Source of the DNA: Candidatus Latescibacterota bacterium
GTDB lineage: Bacteria; Latescibacterota; UBA2968
Reading direction: 5' to 3'
NCBI GenBank assembly: GCA_965198115.1
Contig: OZ240241.1
Coordinates: 2,016,001 to 2,080,000, forward strand
DNA: 64,000 bases
The notes beneath the pieces were generated by a model. The model was not told the DNA's origin and did no database searches. It worked only from the letters and a program-made list of their open reading frames with translations. Positions 59,460-64,000 of this stretch are shown here, one piece after another; position 1 is the stretch's first letter, and each line of letters starts with the position of its first letter. Position numbers and translations under genes: made by a program.

Positions 59460-60052
59460 CTAGGAAGTGAACGAATCGACCTCACGGGCTTTCATCTTCT
59501 TCCGACCATCCGCCTTGTCATCCGATGCCCAAACCAGAGCCGCCGCCAGGAACGTCCGTGCGGCCCGGTCGTCCTTCGCCACCACTCGAGCGTAGTCCGC
59601 TTTCGCCTCCTTCACGCGACCGAGCCCGAGGTAGGCCTCGGCCCGATACTCGAGCGCTTCGACGTAATCGCTCTTCAGAGCGATCGACCGGTCATACGCT
59701 TTGAGGGCTTTTTTGTGTCGCCCCGTCTTCCGATAGGCGTAGCCGAGGCTGCCCCAGGCAGAATAGTGGTCCCTGTTTTCATCCGTTGCTTGTTCCAGAG
59801 CCTTGATCGCGCGTTTGTATTCCCGTTCTGCAGAATCCAGAAAAACGCGGCGATCATCTTCCGCCGCCTCGGCTGCCTGCTTTTCATACGCCCAGGCCTT
59901 GTCCCGATGTGAAAGACCAGGTTATAGAGTCTGTCCGCCTCGATCCGTCGATCGGCATCCGATTTTTCGTCCTTCTTGCTGCCCATCGCCCATCCGGGAA
60001 CCGTCAGAAACAGGATGGACAGCGAAAGAGCGTACAGATTCCGGTATCTCAC
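59460..60052 (-). CDS. Secreted TPR protein, frameshift at ~59918
   Basis: Signal peptide. Adding one G gives YNLGLSHRDKAW...AWGSLGYAYRKTGRHKKALKAYDRSIALKSDYVEALEYRAEAYLGLG. Confidence 0.75.
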
Positions 60053-60156
60053 CTTTCCGACCTCCTAGCTGGCTGCCACATCTTCCCCTCACCCCTGCCT
60101 GTCCTGAGCGGGAGTCGAAGGGCTCCCCAGCCCCCCCCTCGGGGGGTGGCTGGGCC

Positions 60157-61359
60157 TCAGGCAGCCGCTTGAATCGCTTTCCCCATCCGTTCGACTCGCC
60201 GATCCGAATGATCACAATGCATCGGCACGAGCACGGAACGGCTCAGAATTTCCAGCGACGTCTTGCACATATCTTCGGTGTATTCGACCTCGAGCTTCTT
60301 GTTGGCCTCGAGATTGTACGGGTTCAAGTCCGGATGATGGGCTCCCTGCTTACGCATAATCGGGTCCCAACGCGTGTAGACGTGGCGCCCCGTGTCGATC
60401 GGCAGAAACGCACTCACACCCTCCGGCTCGTTCTCGAAAACACCGGATCGAATATCCTGTTCCCCCAAACGATCTGCAAAACCGCGCGCTTCCTCTTCTG
60501 TCGCGAAGCCAAAACCAAGATGCGTTCCGCAGTCATCTTCGAAACTGTTGTAGTCGATGGGCGTCAGTCCTGCGTCCTTACCCGCCACAAGCAGCTCTGT
60601 CTTGTGACGCCGCATCGTGTTCAGCATATCGTCGATCCGTTCCAGCTGTGCGTTCAGAATCGCACCGGAGACCTCGTTCGCGCGGTAGTTGTGACCCGCA
60701 AACTGAAACTCATCCCGGAACTCTTCTGGATTCCAGTAGTAGGAGCAGCAGTCGACGGCAACCGAGGCTCGATTCATGATATCCTCTGAGTCCGTCACGA
60801 GGGCACCGCCCTCCCCACTCGTCATATTCTTGTAGTAGTTGAAGCTGAAAGCCCCGGCGTGTCCGATCGAACCAAGCATTCGCCCCTTGTAGCCTCCACC
60901 CACAGACTGACACGCGTCCTCCAGCACCAGGATTCCGTGCTCGTCGGCCAGCTTCATGATGCCGTCCATATCGCAGGCCAACCCCCACATATGGACGGGA
61001 ATGATCGCCTTCGTGTAGGGCGACAGACGTCGCTCGACATCGTGCGCAGACAGCGTGATTGACTCATCGACATCGGCCACGATCGGAATGGCCCCCGAGG
61101 AGAGCACGGCGAGAGCAGTCGCCATATAGGTGCAGGCCGGTACGATCACTTCGTCGCCCGGTCCGATCCCCATCCCCACGAACGACGCATACAGTGCCGA
61201 TGTTCCGCTCGGCGTCATACGAACGTACTCGACACCCAGCCGACGGCCCCACGCTTTCTCGAACGTCACGCATTCTCCCTCACGACCGTGACGATAGATG
61301 TACTTCGAGCGGAACAGCCGCTCGATGCGTTTCAGCTCTCGTTTCCCCACTCTGTACAT
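60157..61359 (-). CDS. DegT/DnrJ/EryC1/StrS-family PLP aminotransferase
   Basis: SGTSAL, GPGDEVIVP, EDACQ and FSFNYYKNMTSGEGG motifs. Confidence 0.95.
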   Translation of the reverse strand: MYRVGKRELKRIERLFRSKYIYRHGREGECVTFEKAWGRRLGVEYVRMTPSGTSALYASFVGMGIGPGDEVIVPACTYMATALAVLSSGAIPIVADVDESITLSAHDVERRLSPYTKAIIPVHMWGLACDMDGIMKLADEHGILVLEDACQSVGGGYKGRMLGSIGHAGAFSFNYYKNMTSGEGGALVTDSEDIMNRASVAVDCCSYYWNPEEFRDEFQFAGHNYRANEVSGAILNAQLERIDDMLNTMRRHKTELLVAGKDAGLTPIDYNSFEDDCGTHLGFGFATEEEARGFADRLGEQDIRSGVFENEPEGVSAFLPIDTGRHVYTRWDPIMRKQGAHHPDLNPYNLEANKKLEVEYTEDMCKTSLEILSRSVLVPMHCDHSDRRVERMGKAIQAAA

Positions 61360-61361
61360 CG

Positions 61362-63197
61362 TTAGCTCCTGACGGCTTCCGGCGTGGCGGTCTCCCCACC
61401 CGATACTTGCAAGGCATTGCTCGGATCAGATGCTCTGTCGTCTTCGTCCGGTGTGATGACCGTCAGCGGCACCCATTCCCTGATCGAGTTGATCATGAAT
61501 ACGGAATCCGCTTCGTAGATGTCCGGTCGCATCAACGTGCGCTCCTCGATTTCGCCCCGACACAACAGTTCATCGGGGAACGTTCCCGCGAGCAACCCGG
61601 ACGAAACCGGTGGCGTAAAACAGCGATTCTCAATCTGGACAACGACGTTCCCGACCAGGCATTCGACCACCTCGCCCCGCTCATTCACCAGAATCACGGC
61701 ATCGGCCACATCGCGATAGCGTTCGTGCTGAGCTTCGTAGACGGCTCGATGCGTCGTCTTGTGATACAGGAAAGGATCGCGGCTATCGACAGGAACCTCC
61801 GAGACGATGGCCGTCATCGGTTTCTCCACAGGCATCGACTGCCGCTCGCACGACAGCTCGCCCGCCCGATCCAACGTGACGCGAATCCGCAAGGGTTCCT
61901 CCGACCCATCGACTTCGGCCATCACAACCCGATCGAATCGCTCCCGTTCGAACGGAAACCGAAAGTAGCGTGCCGATCGAGAGATACGTTCGACGTGCCG
62001 CTCCAGCAGATAGACACCATCCCCCGGGTCGTATCGCATCGTCTCGAACAGCGAGAAATCGGGACGTCTTTCGGTCAGGACCCTCGCCTTCGTCACACAT
62101 TCGGCATATTCTCGTTCGCTCGACGAGTCGAAGGTGATGCCACCCCCCACGCCGTACTCCGCTTTCCCGCTCTCTGTGTCCACGCAGACCGTACGAATAC
62201 CCACGCTGAACGTGGCTTCGCCGCCCGGCGACACAAAACCGATGGCGCCCGTGTAGACACCTCGCGGCGAGCACTCCAGATCTCTGATGATTTCCATCGT
62301 CCGCACTTTGGGAGCCCCCGTGACCGAACCACAGGGAAAGAGCGCCCCCATCACGTCCGTCAGACCCGCGTCCAGTCGCAACCGCCCTTCGACTTCAGAG
62401 GTCATCTGAAGGACGGTCTCGTATCGTTCGACGGACCAGAGATCGTTCACACGAATCGACCCCGGTTCGCACACGCGGCCGAGATCGTTGCGAACGAGAT
62501 CGACGATCATCAGATTTTCTGCCCGTTCCTTCTCCGACACCGCCAACTCTTCCGCCAACCGGTCATCCTCACTGGATGTCAGACCTCGGAGCCGTGTGCC
62601 CTTCATGGGACGCGTCACGATGCGCCCGTCACGCACGCGGAAAAACAGCTCGGGGGAAGCGGAAACGATCTGATGACGCCCCGTATCGATGTAAGCCGCG
62701 TAGCTCGCGCGTTGGACGTGACACAGCTGACGGTGGAGTCGACAAGGGTCGGTGACGGACGTTGCCCGCAATCGGTGCGTGAAATTGACCTGGTAGGTAT
62801 CGCCTGCCCGGATGTACTCACGAATACGATCGACGCCAGCCGCGTAGGTCTCACGCTTGATCGATGGAACCCAATCGATCGAGGCGTGCGCCATCACCTC
62901 CGTCGTCGGCACGATCGGCTCACGGTGTCGGTAAAGGGCGAACCAGACGAGTGGCAACCCCGCCGCAGGAGGCTGGACCCGCAGGGCGGGATCGAAGGCG
63001 GGTGCCGCCTCATAGCAGACGAAACCGGCCGCGTGTAACCCCCCATCTACAGCCTTTTCCACGCCCGACAGGGATGAAACGACCTCCGCAAGGCTGTCCG
63101 CTCTGATTACCTCCACGAACCCGGAAAAAGTGTAGGAACGCTCGCCGTCACCACGACCGAACGACTCGAGTCTGACGATGGGTGGCCCGCCTCTCAT
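61362..63197 (-). CDS. pabB: Aminodeoxychorismate synthase component I fused to class IV aminotransferase/ADC lyase
   Basis: GDTYQVN, SASPELF, RPMKGT, KERAENLMIVDLVRND and GSVTGAPK; C-terminal FLYHKTT and GLLAGT. Confidence 0.93.
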   Translation of the reverse strand: MRGGPPIVRLESFGRGDGERSYTFSGFVEVIRADSLAEVVSSLSGVEKAVDGGLHAAGFVCYEAAPAFDPALRVQPPAAGLPLVWFALYRHREPIVPTTEVMAHASIDWVPSIKRETYAAGVDRIREYIRAGDTYQVNFTHRLRATSVTDPCRLHRQLCHVQRASYAAYIDTGRHQIVSASPELFFRVRDGRIVTRPMKGTRLRGLTSSEDDRLAEELAVSEKERAENLMIVDLVRNDLGRVCEPGSIRVNDLWSVERYETVLQMTSEVEGRLRLDAGLTDVMGALFPCGSVTGAPKVRTMEIIRDLECSPRGVYTGAIGFVSPGGEATFSVGIRTVCVDTESGKAEYGVGGGITFDSSSEREYAECVTKARVLTERRPDFSLFETMRYDPGDGVYLLERHVERISRSARYFRFPFERERFDRVVMAEVDGSEEPLRIRVTLDRAGELSCERQSMPVEKPMTAIVSEVPVDSRDPFLYHKTTHRAVYEAQHERYRDVADAVILVNERGEVVECLVGNVVVQIENRCFTPPVSSGLLAGTFPDELLCRGEIEERTLMRPDIYEADSVFMINSIREWVPLTVITPDEDDRASDPSNALQVSGGETATPEAVRS

Positions 63198-64000
63198 TCG
63201 GGAAACCGATCGCTTAGGGTCCAGGGGTAGCGTGGTTCATAACCGAACGCCTCCCGCGCCCGCTCGCAGCTGAGTGGAGCCTTCCAGTCGTCCTGTGTCC
63301 GTACCTCGACTGCCTCGTCGTAGTAGGCCGCGAGCAGTTCCGGGACGGGCGTGTTCAGCACGATTCGGGGTCCGGTGATGTTGTAGGGACCGGGCTCCAC
63401 GCCGTCGGCCTCGACGGCCAGCCGACAGGCCATTGCCGCGTCGCGTGCGTCCGTCCGTGTCCAGAACTGTCTCCTCGCCGCCCTTAGGTCTTCCGTCATT
63501 TTCTCGATCTGCTCATCCAGATCCGCAGGCATCCTGACGCCTTGAAAGCGGAAGGACAGGATCGTCACCCCGAATCTGCGCGAGAAATACTCGGCCGCAC
63601 TCTCTCCCGCCACTTTCGAAAGCGCATAGCAGTTGATCGGGTTAAGGGGATGTCCCTCGTCGACCCTCACGTATTCCGGAGCGTGTTCGTGGAAGCCGTA
63701 GACCTGTGCGCTCGACGCCGAGACGACGCGGTCGATCCCGAGATCCGCGCAAGCTTGAAACAGGTTGAACGTTCCTCGAACGTTGTCACCGTAGGTTTTC
63801 GTATCGGGAACGACACCGGGGTTCGCCCAGGCGCCCATATGGACGACGGCGTCCGTTCGGAACCCCCCGAGTGCGCCTGAGACCTGGCCTGCCTCAGTGA
63901 GGTCGACCCGCATCGTTCGGGTCGTATCCGACGGCGGGGGCAACACATCCACACTGAGGACCTCGTGCCCGGCCGTCACGAGGTCCCTGACGATGTAGCG
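63194..64000 (-). CDS. NAD-dependent epimerase/dehydratase (N-terminus beyond window)
   Basis: VVHMGA, NVRGTFN, ASSAQVYG and YALSK motifs. Confidence 0.9.
   Translation of the reverse strand, partial: RYIVRDLVTAGHEVLSVDVLPPPSDTTRTMRVDLTEAGQVSGALGGFRTDAVVHMGAWANPGVVPDTKTYGDNVRGTFNLFQACADLGIDRVVSASSAQVYGFHEHAPEYVRVDEGHPLNPINCYALSKVAGESAAEYFSRRFGVTILSFRFQGVRMPADLDEQIEKMTEDLRAARRQFWTRTDARDAAMACRLAVEADGVEPGPYNITGPRIVLNTPVPELLAAYYDEAVEVRTQDDWKAPLSCERAREAFGYEPRYPWTLSDRFPE

Noticed and set aside
28760-59920. Programmed ribosomal frameshifting or alternative genetic code
   Set aside because: No slippery heptamers, the indels fall in unrelated genes, and all three stop codons are used normally
1-64000. 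CRISPR array, tRNA, rRNA or prophage
   Set aside because: No regularly spaced repeats, cloverleaf or rRNA signatures, or phage structural genes were seen by eye

Overview
A GC-rich (roughly 60%+) bacterial chromosomal window of about 55 protein-coding genes. Markers such as the PorV/UPF0164 barrel, WD40-type Omp85, Wzi-like barrel, sulfatase, DUF3500 and DegT aminotransferase suggest an FCB-related, uncultured-type lineage such as Latescibacterota (inference only). Housekeeping and metabolic genes include era, rpiA, sucD, aroQ, accD, frdABCD, uxuA, a dtnK-pdxA2 fusion, a pabB-pabC fusion, dsbD, a ubiE-like gene and two tandem RND permeases. Two insertion sequences are present. An ISAzo13-family element splits the intrinsic terminator of a sigma54-driven peptidase/WD40/Omp85 gene, and an IS256-family element with an 8-bp target duplication interrupts a small ORF. 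About ten single-base frameshifts, mostly in short homopolymers, point to long-read assembly indels and hide several genes from the ORF track. No tRNA, rRNA or CRISPR array was seen, and no single novel system is certain. The best leads are: (i) a DUF4398 lipoprotein, L,D-transpeptidase and catalytically dead paralog unit; (ii) a UbiE plus UbiA-like::START quinone-type module; (iii) a DksA/TraR-finger protein divergent from a GlnR-like regulator with a structured leader; (iv) a kinase-less MerR-REC / REC-REC locus with a perfect 32-bp palindrome.
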